Origin: Conidiobolus incongruus B7586
Lineage: Eukaryota
Length of the DNA: 32,664 nucleotides
Reading direction: 5' to 3'
NCBI GenBank assembly: GCA_000697335.1
Contig: JNEM01008379.1
Location: 1-32,664 of the forward strand
Below the pieces are notes generated by a model. The model was not told the origin of the DNA, searched no databases, and worked only from the letters and a program-made list of their open reading frames with translations. Shown piece after piece: positions 1 to 12,440 of the stretch. The stretch's first letter is position 1; every line of letters starts with the position of its first letter. A program made the position numbers and the translations under genes.

Positions 1-1136
1 TAAATATAATTATTTTATATTTTTGTTTTAGATATTTGTTTGGATTTTTAAACTATATTATAATTGATTTTATTATATCTTAATTTTTATAATATATTAT
101 ATATAGGTCTGATAAATATATATTAATTATAACTGAAAATTATTAAGCCTAATAAAGATTGTTATCAAATTATAATAAATATTGAATGTTTGTGAAATAA
201 TTTTTAAATAAAGTCTTTATTATTAAAATATATCATTTCAATATAGTAAATTATTCATAAAAATATTATTCATGATTTATTATATTAAATAATCTTGATT
301 TTATTATTATTAATAATATTCCTTTTAAGGTATACTTGAATTAAAATATACTATAAATGCATTCTCATAATAATACCATAATACTATATTTTAAAATCAA
401 CAAAACTGTTATTAAATTGTAAATATCGTAATTAGGTATAATAATAATCCAAATAGAATGTAGTTCAATCAATAATTTTATAAATAATATATTAATATTT
501 CAAATTGTGAAAAAATTTAATAATTTTTCGACCTGAAGGATAGTATTATATATAAAAAATTAGGTTGATTAAAATAATATATTGATTAAAATCATTAATA
601 AATAAAATGTATTAAGGATTTAAAATATCAATAAACATAATTTAAGAGTGAATATTGATAATAAAGAGAAAGTTATTATAAACTATATTTAAATTAATTA
701 GTTAATATATGTTTGATTAAAATATTAAATAAACTTCATATTAAACATAACAGTTGTAATCAACACTTAAATCGTTGCTTCTAATATTAATATAAAATCA
801 TTATATATTAGAAATAAAATCAAAATTGTGAAATTAAAAATTTTAATGTCAAGTAATTCTATTTTGAAATATTAGCCTTAATCTAACTAAGATTTCAAAA
901 TATATTGCACAAAATATTATACTCAATAAAAATGATATTGTATTGCTAGTTTTAAGTATGTTAAAAAAATGTCAAATATTAAGATAAAAAAATAAAAAAA
1001 TTGAATATGGCTATAAAATTAAGCTTTAAATTTAAACATTTTCTATATTACTTTGAATAAATATAATTTCTAAATTGAAATAAGTATTAAATCAAAAATA
1101 AATCTGTTCTGAATATAAAAAAATAAATAATTAAAT

Positions 1137-1921
1137 TTATTCAAGTTCTGGTAAATCAATAATCTTTAAACCGCTCAATATTTTTTCAATATCTAATATT
1201 CAAAAAATTAATATATATTTGATCAAAATGTACATATGTATTACCCTTTTCTTTTAGTTTAAGATCACCGTTAGGAAGTCTAAGTCCAGCTAATTGCTGA
1301 ACAGGCTCTCCATTATTATAAATAATAAGTGTAGGTAAATTTTTATCGGGATAATTTTCAATACACATATCACTTATAATTTTACATATTTTGATAAATT
1401 TATATTTTTTAGCTAAATTAGCAAGAATTTGATTTAACAATCTGCAAGCTTCAAACCTATCAATAGGTTAATACTAGCTGCATAGTATTCAATATGAATC
1501 ACTTACGAATCTTTATATAAATGAACAATTACTGCATTTTCTTTACTGGCTTCAGTGACTTCTCTAACGAAATCAGGCTTAGAAATATGGTAGACTTCAC
1601 CGAATCTAGATCTTAAAGCTTCAGCTTGCATTTCAGCAATACGTTGTTGTCTAAAAACATATTCAGGAAACCACTCAATATATAAAATATATATATTTGC
1701 TACCTATAAGCTAACAAAACCCTGTCATCTTCCAAATCCTCAAGTTCATCAAGCTCATCCAAATCCAAACCTTCAAAACGACTACTTTCTTCAGCTAATT
1801 TGGCTTCGACAGCTTCTTCAATAGCTTGCTCTAAAATTTCCAATTCAGAAGGGCCTTTTGGAGGTAAAATTCCTTTTTCTCTTAGAATATCGTTCCATTC
1901 AGTATCTTCGTTAGGATTCAT
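1137..1921 (-). CDS. PLP2: Phosducin-like protein (PLP2/PDCL3 family, thioredoxin-like fold, CCT co-chaperone); 4 exons: 1921-1704, 1650-1507, 1456-1245, 1192-1137; 209 aa
   Basis: N-terminus MNPNEDTEWNDILREKGILPPK is the PhLP2 signature; later motifs FGEVYHISKPDFVREVTEAS..VIVHLYKD and CIENYPDKNLPTLIIY. Three GT-AG introns (53, 50, 52 nt) keep the frame and join ORF-track fragments 1700-1921 and 1186-1440. Confidence 0.93.
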
Positions 1922-2307
1922 TTTATTATATCATGAATTAAATGTCGATTATGATACTTTATCCTAAGTCATAAATATTTAATTTATATTCTATTTTTTA
2001 TTTTATGGGATCTGTATTACATCAATTATATTTCAAAAATTATAAATTAATTTATCAATTCTTTTAATATTTAAAACTTAATTTATTATTTCATTTCGCT
2101 TATACTCATATTATTTAAAGAATTATCTGTTTATAAAATTTTAATAATAAAATAGCTAAATAATATGATATAAATATATTTAGTTGAAAATTTATTTTTA
2201 ATTTGAAAAACCATATGTCAAATAATTTAAAATTTTGATATTTGTAAAATAAAAATAATTATAAGATTTATCATTGATTTATTAATTATATTAAAAAATA
2301 TTATACA

Positions 2308-2601
2308 TGTCGTAAAAACCCAGTGTTTACAGCTCTATAGGTTTCAGGATGGTTTAGAACAATATCAGAATTAGTGTCATTGGAAGTTATTTTTAAACGA
2401 ACAAAAAATAAAAAGAAAATAAAAAAACATAAAGATCAAAGATATGTTGGTTTCTTGCCTTTCTTGTGTAAAACCTGAGAGAGATTATTTTTATATCTTT
2501 AGTGAGGAGTTCTGATCCTGTCAAACTGGATCATGTGTTAACCTTTATCTGGTAATATCTTTCAATAAGAACATCCATAATTTCCATATCCATTCTCAAC
2601 A
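2308..2601. mobile_element. Solo LTR, 294 bp (TGTCG...CAACA termini, copia-like ends), with 5-bp target-site duplication ATACA
   Basis: ATACA at 2303-2307 and 2602-2606 flanks a segment starting TG and ending CA; terminal inverted match TGTCG/TGTTG; locally higher GC than the flanks; no coding capacity. Confidence 0.75.
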
Positions 2602-3431
2602 ATACATATTTTTACCATTTTATAAAATAAAATAATTAATTCCTTATGTAATATCATTTATTAAAATTTTCAAATTTGATCTATATTGAACTCATAAACA
2701 GTGAGTAATTTATAAGTGAATTAATAGATACCAAAATAATAAAATTTACAAAATTATTTTTTTTAAAATGATATGTAAAAATGAGGGCCTTAAGAAGAAA
2801 ATGAAACTAGCAAGATATAATACTTGAATAGATCAAATATTTGATTGAAGTACTTGATTTTCTCACCTAAACTCATAAAGGAAATGATCATTGTTTTAAT
2901 TGTTTGAAAATTAAATGATGTCATACTTTGATTACTTTTGTTTATCGTGAAACTAATAAATCAATTTTATTCAATATTACTATAATTTAATATTTAGGAT
3001 TCAAGTAAAATCGGCTAATTAGAAAATATTCATTGAAAATAAATATTGATTTTTAGAAAAATAATATTCATATTGACAATATTTAATGAAAAAAACTCGA
3101 TCTAATTGATAAAAATATGGTGCATTACTAATTGAAATAAGAATCAAATTAAAATTTAATTTAAACCCATTTTATTCATAAAATAATTTTAGATTTATTT
3201 AGAAGAAATTGATAGTTATATTAACAAAAGGAGAAGTTGGATTAAAATTTAATATTCAGAGGGATGAAACAAGTTTATTAGGTTTTATCCCTTGAATAAT
3301 ATTATAAAATTTTCATTATATCCTTGATAATATTTTATTGAGGGTTTACAATTTGGTATTAAATATACATTTTTAGTGATTCCTGCACTTGAATTGGTAT
3401 CGTTGCAAAGGTTTTTATGTTTCATCTTTGA

Positions 3432-3995
3432 TTAGTAAGGTCGATGATGATATGTTTGAAGAGAATGGCTGTACGCTTGAAGGTATTTAGCTTGCTCTTT
3501 TAAGGCATTTCGAAGTGCTTGGAATTCTTGAGGCGTCCTTTTAGGCCCGTGTCCTTTGCTCACAATATGTGCATTCAGGTGATTTAAAGCGCCATAGGCT
3601 TTTCCACATCCTGGATGAATACAGGGATATCTACGGGCTATTTCATGCGATCTCCTGCGAGGTCTCTTAATTATTGATGAAGTGATCTGTTGGTGGAATA
3701 TGGATGAATTAGGAATTGATTTTTGGCAAGGAATTGGATAACTCAGCTTTAGGAGGTTTTGAACTGAAGGAAGCTGCTGGTAATGGTTATTTCTGCAAGC
3801 GTGATCGCTATTTTGGGCAAATGGTAAAAACCCTTCAGCAAAGGATGGGAGACGGTGCTGTGGTGTGGGAGTGTGGCATTCGGAGATAGAAGACGAAGAA
3901 GTGGGAGAGTGCATATGAGAGCTTGTGTGCTTGAAGTAATCAAAGTTGGTGGAAGATAAGCTCAATGGTTTCAAGTTAAAGGCTGAGGAATGCAT
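3432..3995 (-). CDS. CON7: Single-finger C2H2 transcription factor of the fungal Con7 type; first in-frame ATG at 3995, 187 aa
   Basis: KRPRRRSHEIARRYPCIHPGCGKAYGALNHLNAHIVSKGHGPKRTPQEFQALR matches the Con7-family block (RR..EI.R.Y.C...GC.KAYG.LNHLNAH....HG.KR.P.EF..R); Ser/His/Pro-rich N-terminus; TATAAATA on the minus strand at 4071-4064. Confidence 0.85.
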   Translation of the reverse strand: MHSSAFNLKPLSLSSTNFDYFKHTSSHMHSPTSSSSISECHTPTPQHRLPSFAEGFLPFAQNSDHACRNNHYQQLPSVQNLLKLSYPIPCQKSIPNSSIFHQQITSSIIKRPRRRSHEIARRYPCIHPGCGKAYGALNHLNAHIVSKGHGPKRTPQEFQALRNALKEQAKYLQAYSHSLQTYHHRPY

Positions 3996-5221
3996 TTGAA
4001 ATGGAGCCAAGTGGATAAGAGAGAACTAAATTAGTGATAATGGTGAAGATGGTGCATGCAGAATATTTATAGGTGATATGATGTCTGGGATTAGTAAGGC
4101 TTATTTGCTGAAAAGGACGATGGTGTGTGATAAGTTTATTTCAAGTGAATTTGGGCGAAGAGAAGGGGGAGAATAAGGGGACGGTTGACATTGGATTTTA
4201 ACAAATGGGAAATTTATCTGGAGAAGTAAGATTTAATGTTTGAAATTGCTATGACTGAGGTGCAGCAATCAATCAACAAACTTAAACCATTAAAAATAGT
4301 AGGTTATTAAACCCTATTTTAATTTTTATTATTTATCATTATCGTAATTAACCACTTCAAATGCCTATTCAGGCGTTTGAATAATAAAAAGCTGATAGAC
4401 TATATGTGACAAAATATTCCATGATTTCATATTCTATCATATCGAAAGCCTAAAATTGAGGTCTAAATTTTAATATAAATTGATCAATATAAATGGATTA
4501 TGATAATATTTATAGTTCAAGTTTAAGCATATACTAAAATGCTCCATATATTAATTTTAATTAATTCACATAGTAACTTTATTTTGTATCCCTTATTTAA
4601 TACAGCTCCTTAATGAAACACTTTAACTTACTAAAAATTTGATTAAAAATTTGATTGATTTCTCCCTCAAAATTTCATTCTTGAAATACAAAATTGGATA
4701 TTATTAAACAATTTAGTTATATTCATTTATTTGATTTATTTTAGTAGTCTATTAAACTTTAAGAAGACTAACTTTGTTGATTGGTTAAAATAAATTAGAG
4801 TTTTGAACAAATTTAATATAAATATAAATATAGAAATATTAAATTACTAAGTGATTTAAAATTCAATTATTTTATATGACATGGTGATGATGATAGATAG
4901 AATATTGTAAAAAATTATCTTTAATTTTAAAATGTTAATCAATACTTATTGAATATGATACGTATCCATAAATACAAATATATGTTCTATTTATTAATAA
5001 AAATACAATCACCAATATTGTTTATCTACAAAAATTAATTTTAAGTAAGGGTAATTTTACTAGGATTAGTAATTTGATATCTACCTAAAATAAAAGTTTT
5101 TAAGGAGAATTTTCATCTTAAATAGAGTTAATAATTGGGTTTAACTTTATATAATTGAAAAAATGGTTTTTCATCTTAATTTAATATATCAATATACGAT
5201 GATCGATAATTAAAAGATATT

Positions 5222-5776
5222 TGTAATGAAATACACATATTTGTCAACTACCTCTAAGATCCGCCAATGAGGAGCTGAAGAATTCACCACGAAGTCATCA
5301 CATTGATGTATAAGGATTCCCCAACTCATTAGTAGACACAAACGCATTATCCAGCGATTAATTCCTGTAGTTAACCAAGTTCCTCCCCAGCTAACCATTA
5401 CACATAGCAGGACAAATGTTAATCTGAATACTGATGTCTGAGGTGACTCTGCGAGGGGAACTTCTTTGAATGTTACAGGAGATAAAATAGAACGTAACAG
5501 TACCATAATGATAGCTAATTAATGTGAATAAAATATTATAACTCTGAGGAACTTATTTATTAATTATTAGATCTGTTAAAGGAATGACCAGAATAGCTCA
5601 TCTAGCTATTCTGATGTGTTCTCTTATACTTCTTTTGGCCTTCTTTGTCTTCTTTGTCTTCTTTGTCCTTTTGTCTTCTTTGTCCTTTTGTCTTGTAGTG
5701 ATTATTTCGAGGGAAGTGGAACTTTAAATGTTCCTATTATATCCTATTTTAGGTAATGTCACGTTGACTCGTGACA
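5222..5776. mobile_element. Solo LTR, 555 bp (TGTAATG...CGTGACA), with 5-bp target-site duplication ATATT
   Basis: ATATT at 5217-5221 and 5777-5781; TG...CA termini with 5/7 inverted match; a GC-richer island whose edges coincide with these termini; internal AATAAA signals, hairpins and a short tandem array. Confidence 0.75.
5640..5691 (+). repeat. Tandem array of CTTCTTTGT / CCTTTTGT units (6 copies) inside the solo LTR
   Basis: Read directly: CTTCTTTGT x3, CCTTTTGT, CTTCTTTGT, CCTTTTGT. Confidence 0.9.
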
Positions 5777-8394
5777 ATATTATAATTAATTTATATTATC
5801 TAAAATTTAATATATCAGCTTGTTTATTCGAGCTATTACTGGATTCAGACTTTTATTATCACCAATTTAGAAAACACTAAAATTAGTGAAAATTTATGAT
5901 AATAGTAATTGTTGTTATAGTAGAACAAGTTATCCTATTTTTTATAATATATTTGTAACTCTAATTATATTTGAGACTTTAAAGTTAATATCTTCAAACT
6001 TAATCTTATGACTTAATATTATAGCGATTAATTAAGTTTGATTTAAGAAAATTCATTGTATTCCCTAAATATATTAATGTTACAATTGGATATGATAATT
6101 CAATAATGTACAGGACATATATACTATAATACATTTAAGACGTGATCAAATTCAAAAGATGTATTTTGAAGATTTATTGGAGATGAATATAATATGAACA
6201 ATCAATTTAAATTAACCAACTATAAAATATTAATTATCATTTTTCTCTAACCTTTTCAAATAAACTACTATTTTCTGATCGAGTACATTTATTTGATTAT
6301 ATATTTCCAAACAATTAAATAATTACAATCATAATACTAACTATAAAAAAAATTTTTATAGCTTTATATTATATTTATATTTGTAAAAAGTATAATATTA
6401 TACTTTGTATTTTAACTTATAGAATATTATATGTCATTTACAAGTATAACTCATGTTTTGTTATTCTTATCTATGTAGCTTGTATATTGTATAATGTTAT
6501 ATCAGAGTCAAATACTTGATATTTTAAAAAAACTTCAAAATAGATTTATTATAAATTGAACCATCACCAAAATGACAAATTTTACCTTATATTAATTATA
6601 TTACTTGTAAAAATATAATCATCAAAATTTTTTAATATAAATAGTTATAAACACCCCTTCTTATCAATAAAGAATACTATTATTTAAACTATTTAATATT
6701 ACTAAATAGTTAATATAGAAAAAGAACTTTAGCTTAATCAACTCAAATATTTTACCTCAATTGTATCAATTATTTTCAAATAATCATATGATATACCTTT
6801 TATAGGATACAATACCGAATTTTTTTTATAAATTTAGATAAATATTAAGCTTTAACATTTTAAATTTGCAGCATATTATATATCTATATGGTAAACTATA
6901 TAGGTATACCATTCCGTTTATATCATCAGTTCTCTATATATGAAAATTGTGATTCATTATATTCAACTCAGTTCCAGTATTATTTGAAATCAAAAACCAT
7001 ATTTAACATATTTTGATTCAAAATTAAATAAACATCTAAATAAACTATCGGCAAATTATCATATAAATATATTTATCCAAACATTTCTAATAAATCCATT
7101 TAATTTTCAATATTTAATAATCATTGAATAATAAGATTGTTAAATAGAATATTTTAATAAATATGTTATTTAATAATTATTGTGATAATATATGAAATAT
7201 TTGTGACAGTATGGCTATAAATTATAACTATCGTAAATATATAATTTATAATATTATACCAATTGAATTAATAGAACCAGTACAACTTGAGGTAAAAATT
7301 TATAAGTTTGAATGAATAAAACCATTTCATATCATATATTTAGTCATCCTTAATCTCATTTTATTTTGAATCGATCGTTTATATATTAATAAAATTATGG
7401 ATTCAGAATTCGATTTGACTATAATTTAATACACTTGATTTTTTTACAAATAATCAAAGCTTGAAATTAATGATCTAATAAAATGAACTTATATCTCGGA
7501 TTGATATATTGCAAAAAACAGAACTGCTTAGTATCAAAATAAATACCAATTGTGGTAAATGAAGTAGACCACGTTAAAGCACATTACCATTAAACTATTT
7601 ACCAAAACTAATATTTGAATAATTATGAAATTGGCAAATTCCGATGGTTTATATTTGGCTAATTTGCTGTAATAGGATAATATTATTCATTTAAATCTGG
7701 AAAGATAATACAAATCAGAGATGTTTACATCTACACCCCTTTTAAGTAATATCTAATTCTCATATTAATCAAATTTGAACATTTCACACATTGACCATAT
7801 TGTACCGAACTTATTTCAACAAAATGATAAATTTAATCATTTTACCCAAGTAATAAATCAGTTACTTTTTTGAGAGATACTGGCTTATAATGGATTATTT
7901 TTATTTGATATTTATTCTCATCTTACATATTCCTCCCAATAAAATTTAGTTTATTTCACATATTTATAGACCCACTTTTTGATCAATATATCTTCAATAA
8001 TATTGCTCATATTTTTTGATAATACTTAATAATATCTATATTAAAATTCTCTTTAATAATAATCATATATCTTAATGACGATTATACATTATGCTTAAGC
8101 TTTGATGGAGATATATTTTTAGTAAATACCATTATTCAACAAATTAATATATTTTTTTGTATGTATTTAATTTTGAATAAGGTTATTAATATAAATTGAT
8201 TGATAAAAAAATGAATAAATATCCCATAAATTAAAAATATTGATTTTATATATTTGTAAAACTAGTCAAAATTTTAAGCATAATAGAAGTGAAAAGTTTT
8301 AGTGGAAACTTTATATGATCCACTTTATCAACCATATAAATAATTCAGTTGACTGTTATTAATTCGTATTTTATTATAACTCTTAATTATCAAA

Positions 8395-10071
8395 ATGGAA
8401 TTCAAAAAAGTCGGTATTTTAGGAGGAGGCCAATTGGGCCGTATGATGGTCGAGGCTTCACATCGTTTAGGTCTCCAAGTAACTATTCTAGATCAACCAG
8501 ACAACTGTCCTGCTAAACAATTGTCATCTGTCGTCCCTCATGTCGATGGTGCTTTTAAGGACCCTGTCAAAATCAAAGAGTTAAAACAGAGCGTTGACGT
8601 TGTTACTGTTGAAATTGAGCATATTGACGTATCTGCTCTCAAAGAAATTGATGCTGAGAATCCTGGATCTGTTCAGCCCACTCCTTTCACCTTAGAAACT
8701 ATCCAAGACAAATACCTCCAAAAAGTCCACCTGAGCAAATCCAATATACCTCTTCCTGAATTCAAAGAAGTCAAGTCAGTTGAGGAAGTTGGTAAATTGG
8801 CCCAATCCTGGGGATATCCAATTATGGTCAAGAGCAAAAAACTTGCCTATGATGGAAGAGGTAACTTCCCTATCAAATCTCAATCTGAATTATCTACTCT
8901 AGAATCTTTGTTCAAGCAGAATCCTGAAGGATTTTATGTTGAAAGATGGGTCCCATATGTCAAAGAGTTAGCTATTATGGTTGTCCGTAATACTAATGCA
9001 GAAGTCGTCTCTTACCCCGTTGTGGAAACCATCCAAAAGGATAACATCTGCCACCTAGTCATTGCCCCTGCCGTTATCTCTGGTTCCATCTCTGACGAAG
9101 CTAAAAAGGTTGCTGAAAATGCTATTAAATCATTTGACGGTGCTGGCATTTTTGGTGTGGAAATGTTTTTATTAGAAAATGGAAAGATTCTCCTCAATGA
9201 AATTGCTCCCAGACCTCACAACTCTGGTCACTACACCATTGAAGCTTGTGAAACCTCTCAATTTGAAAACCACTTACGTGCTGTAGCTGGGCTTCCTTTA
9301 GGAAGTGGAAATATGAAGGTCAACTGCTCAGCTATGATTAATTTATTAGGTGATAGCGAAAGTATGGTCTCTATGCAAAAAATTGTCAGTGAATCTTTAC
9401 AAGTTCCTGGAACCACTTGCCACTGGTATGGTAAGGCTCAATCCCGCAAAGGTAGAAAGATGGGACACATCACTATCGTTGCCCAAGATTTTATCCAATT
9501 GCGCGATCGTTTAGCTCGTGTCCTTGCTAGCTTCCCTGATCCTGACAACTATACTCCCTCCATGCAATTACCTGCTGAAGTAGGAATTATTATGGGATCT
9601 GATTCAGATTTACCTGTGATGAAAGCAGCTGCCGAAATTCTCGAGGAATTCGAGGTCCCCTTTGAAGTTACTATTGTAAGTGCCCATAGAACCCCTGATC
9701 GTATGGTTGATTACGCTCGCCAAGCTCATCTTAGAGGTATGAAAGTAATCATTGCTGGAGCTGGAGGTGCTGCTCATCTTCCTGGTATGGTAGCAAGTAT
9801 GACTCCACTTCCAGTTATTGGTGTACCTGTTTGTGGTAAGCATTTAGATGGTGTAGACTCATTACACTCCATTGTTCAAATGCCCCGCGGTGTCCCTGTT
9901 GCCACTGTGGCCATCAATAATGCTACTAATGCTGGTTTACTTGCTGTCAGAACATTGGGATGTAGCAACCCTGCTTATTTGGAAAGAATGAACAAGTATC
10001 AACTAGGAATGAAAGATCAGGTTTTGAAGAAGGCCGAAAGATTAGAACAAGTTGGTTACAAGAATTATTAA
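8395..10071 (+). CDS. ADE2: Phosphoribosylaminoimidazole carboxylase (PurK-PurE fusion), intronless, 558 aa
   Basis: [21 protein letters not shown] and [14 protein letters not shown] (PurK ATP-grasp) followed by [28 protein letters not shown] and [14 protein letters not shown] (PurE). Confidence 0.99.
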   Translation: MEFKKVGILGGGQLGRMMVEASHRLGLQVTILDQPDNCPAKQLSSVVPHVDGAFKDPVKIKELKQSVDVVTVEIEHIDVSALKEIDAENPGSVQPTPFTLETIQDKYLQKVHLSKSNIPLPEFKEVKSVEEVGKLAQSWGYPIMVKSKKLAYDGRGNFPIKSQSELSTLESLFKQNPEGFYVERWVPYVKELAIMVVRNTNAEVVSYPVVETIQKDNICHLVIAPAVISGSISDEAKKVAENAIKSFDGAGIFGVEMFLLENGKILLNEIAPRPHNSGHYTIEACETSQFENHLRAVAGLPLGSGNMKVNCSAMINLLGDSESMVSMQKIVSESLQVPGTTCHWYGKAQSRKGRKMGHITIVAQDFIQLRDRLARVLASFPDPDNYTPSMQLPAEVGIIMGSDSDLPVMKAAAEILEEFEVPFEVTIVSAHRTPDRMVDYARQAHLRGMKVIIAGAGGAAHLPGMVASMTPLPVIGVPVCGKHLDGVDSLHSIVQMPRGVPVATVAINNATNAGLLAVRTLGCSNPAYLERMNKYQLGMKDQVLKKAERLEQVGYKNY

Positions 10072-11539
10072 GAGTTAGTTTGAAACATCACCTTTAAAAA
10101 ATATAAAAAATTAAAATAGAGTCATATGGACTAGTATTCCTATATTGATAAATGATCACATCATCGATACTATATTTCCTCAATAATTCCAATATAATTA
10201 CAAATTAAGATATATAAAATATTTAATATTTTTTTTCACATATTATAAAATCATATAAATTTTGCGATTACATTTAATTAACTTGTTTTACAATAAATTT
10301 GTAGTGATGTTGACTATATTAATTATTCTTTGATTATATTACCATTCAATTATTGAGGAAATTATGTATATGAATTCCTAATTCTTGGTTATACTAGATA
10401 ATTGTTTAAAATATTTATATTCTACTACGATCTTTAAAAAGAATCGGCATTTGCTCTTGATATATAATCAATTAAATATTCAAAAAAATCTAAATTGGAA
10501 ATTTATTTTTGTAATTTAAAAAATATATATTTAAAATTTTAATTACAAGTTACTTATTTAGTTATAAACAAATTATGATAAATAATTTTTAAATAATTTA
10601 ATTTCAAATTTAAAAATTATTAATAAAATATATTGATGTGAGTATAAAATAATAATATATTCATAATATATTACTATATTAAATATCTATTCAATTTTCC
10701 ATCCTTTAAATTGAATTTTTACTAAATAATAAAATTAATTTTATTAAAAAAATAATTTTTGAATTTAATAATACTAATAAATTTATCAAAAAATTTATTA
10801 AAATTTTATAATTGAATAATATGAAACAAAATCAAATATTCATTTTTATTTATTAATAATTTTTATTATTAGTTTAAAATAAATTTTATAATAAATCTTC
10901 TAAAACTTTTTGATAAATAGAATTATATATATTTATATAGTGATCCTAAAAATATATTAAAAAGAATATTAATATATAAATATATATTTCAACCTATTAA
11001 TATAATTTCAAGTTAGTATTTAAGCTTTGATATTTTTATATTATTTTCAAATTTTATAATATATTCACTGATATATGGATTATATAATGAATTTTAAATC
11101 TTGATAATATATAAAAAGTTATTTAACTTTATCTATTATAATATATGATAATATTATATTTTCAATATTAACTAATATTTTACATTGATATTTATATATA
11201 ATTAAACTTATGTAAGTTTTTAATAGGGTTCAGAGATATCAAGGAGGTTAGTTCTAATATTAATCTATAAAAATTAGCTTAATCAATTATTATATATATA
11301 AGAGTATTTCTAATGATATTAATATTTTAATTTATTTTTATATAATATTGAAAACATTTATAAGTCTTATTTAATCCATGTTATATATCCATAATTACCA
11401 TTGGCTTTATTCGAGGAATGTTTATTTTAAATGATTACTTTATAATAATATTATTCTTTTATTTTTATTAAGTTTTGATTAAATTCTATAATAAGATTTT
11501 TAATCTATTTGTTTATTTTTCTTATTATTCTGAGTTTGA

Positions 11540-12440
11540 AAAACCAAGGTACCAAGTAATATAATATGATTTAATGATTTTTTTATTAGTTTCTTGAATA
11601 TTTTTTATTTAAGATTTTTGATGCTTTATATTGTTTTTTTAAATTTTTTATTTAATAATATTATAAATAAAGGATTTTATTTTGGGATTATTTACTTGAA
11701 AATTGATTTTGATAATTAAAAAATAATGAATTATTTTAATATAATAAATAAAATAAAAAATAATAGAGTTAATGTTTTAAATTAATAAAAGCCTTAATTT
11801 AATTTTACTTAGGATTTCAATTACTATTAATTTTAAATATTATAGGAATATAAAGATAAAACCTATCATGATATATCCTTTAAAGTCAATAAACATTATT
11901 GAGTTTTTTAGCATATATTTAGCTGCTTGGATTTATATATTATTTAAATAATAAAGGATAAAAACAATAGCTTTTTAAATTATAAAATAAATTAAGCTTA
12001 TTCAAATTTACTTATTGATTTTTAGGTAAATAATTATTAGCATATGTTTTTAAAAGTTTGTTTATCATTTTATTTAAAATACAATATAAATTATTTATAC
12101 CCATTAACTATTCTCTTAATTATATAATATTTTAAATATTATATTTTTATATTTACTTATTTTAAATATAATGAAACATTGTGTAAAAGTCTATATTTTA
12201 TTAAATTATTTTATTGTTTATTTTGACAGATTTATTTTTATAGGTTCTATAACCTTTTTATTTATTAATTTTTTTAAAAATATAATAAATTATTTTCTTT
12301 CATTTAACTATTGGTTTTTTGTTATATTCTTCAATAATTAGACCAAATATGATAAATTTTATGCTATATTTTTAAATAATTATAATTTTAGATATAACTT
12401 GGTAAATTATTATTTTAATTCAACTTATATGCCATCATAT
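11540..12440 (-). mobile_element. Highly decayed non-LTR (LINE) retrotransposon reverse-transcriptase relic
   Basis: Minus-strand remnants in the correct order: DGI*VEL (from 12436), YCILNKMINKLLKTYANNYLPKNQ (12086-12015), MFIDFK...DR (11896-11863), a degenerate Q..NP...PLF about 63 codons later (about 11698-11665), and YLGF (11551-11540). Many stops and frameshifts; no YADD visible; boundaries uncertain. Confidence 0.45.

Noticed and set aside
4031..4057. Tiny upstream ORF MHHLHHYH* before the Con7-like gene
   Set aside because: Its ATG is only about 7 nt downstream of the TATA-like box, so it is probably not in the transcript.
5210..5506. 98-aa minus-strand ORF
   Set aside because: Lies almost wholly within the solo LTR, crosses its boundary, and has no recognisable motif.
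5640..5691. Repeat array considered as a CRISPR or telomeric repeat
   Set aside because: No spacers, eukaryotic context, and the units are simple pyrimidine-rich 8-9-mers inside an LTR.
9012..9843. Short antisense ORFs within ADE2 (similar ones overlap the homeobox, 16.6-18.4 kb, STRAP, cyclin and transporter genes)
   Set aside because: Shadow or alternate-frame ORFs of well-supported genes, with no independent evidence.
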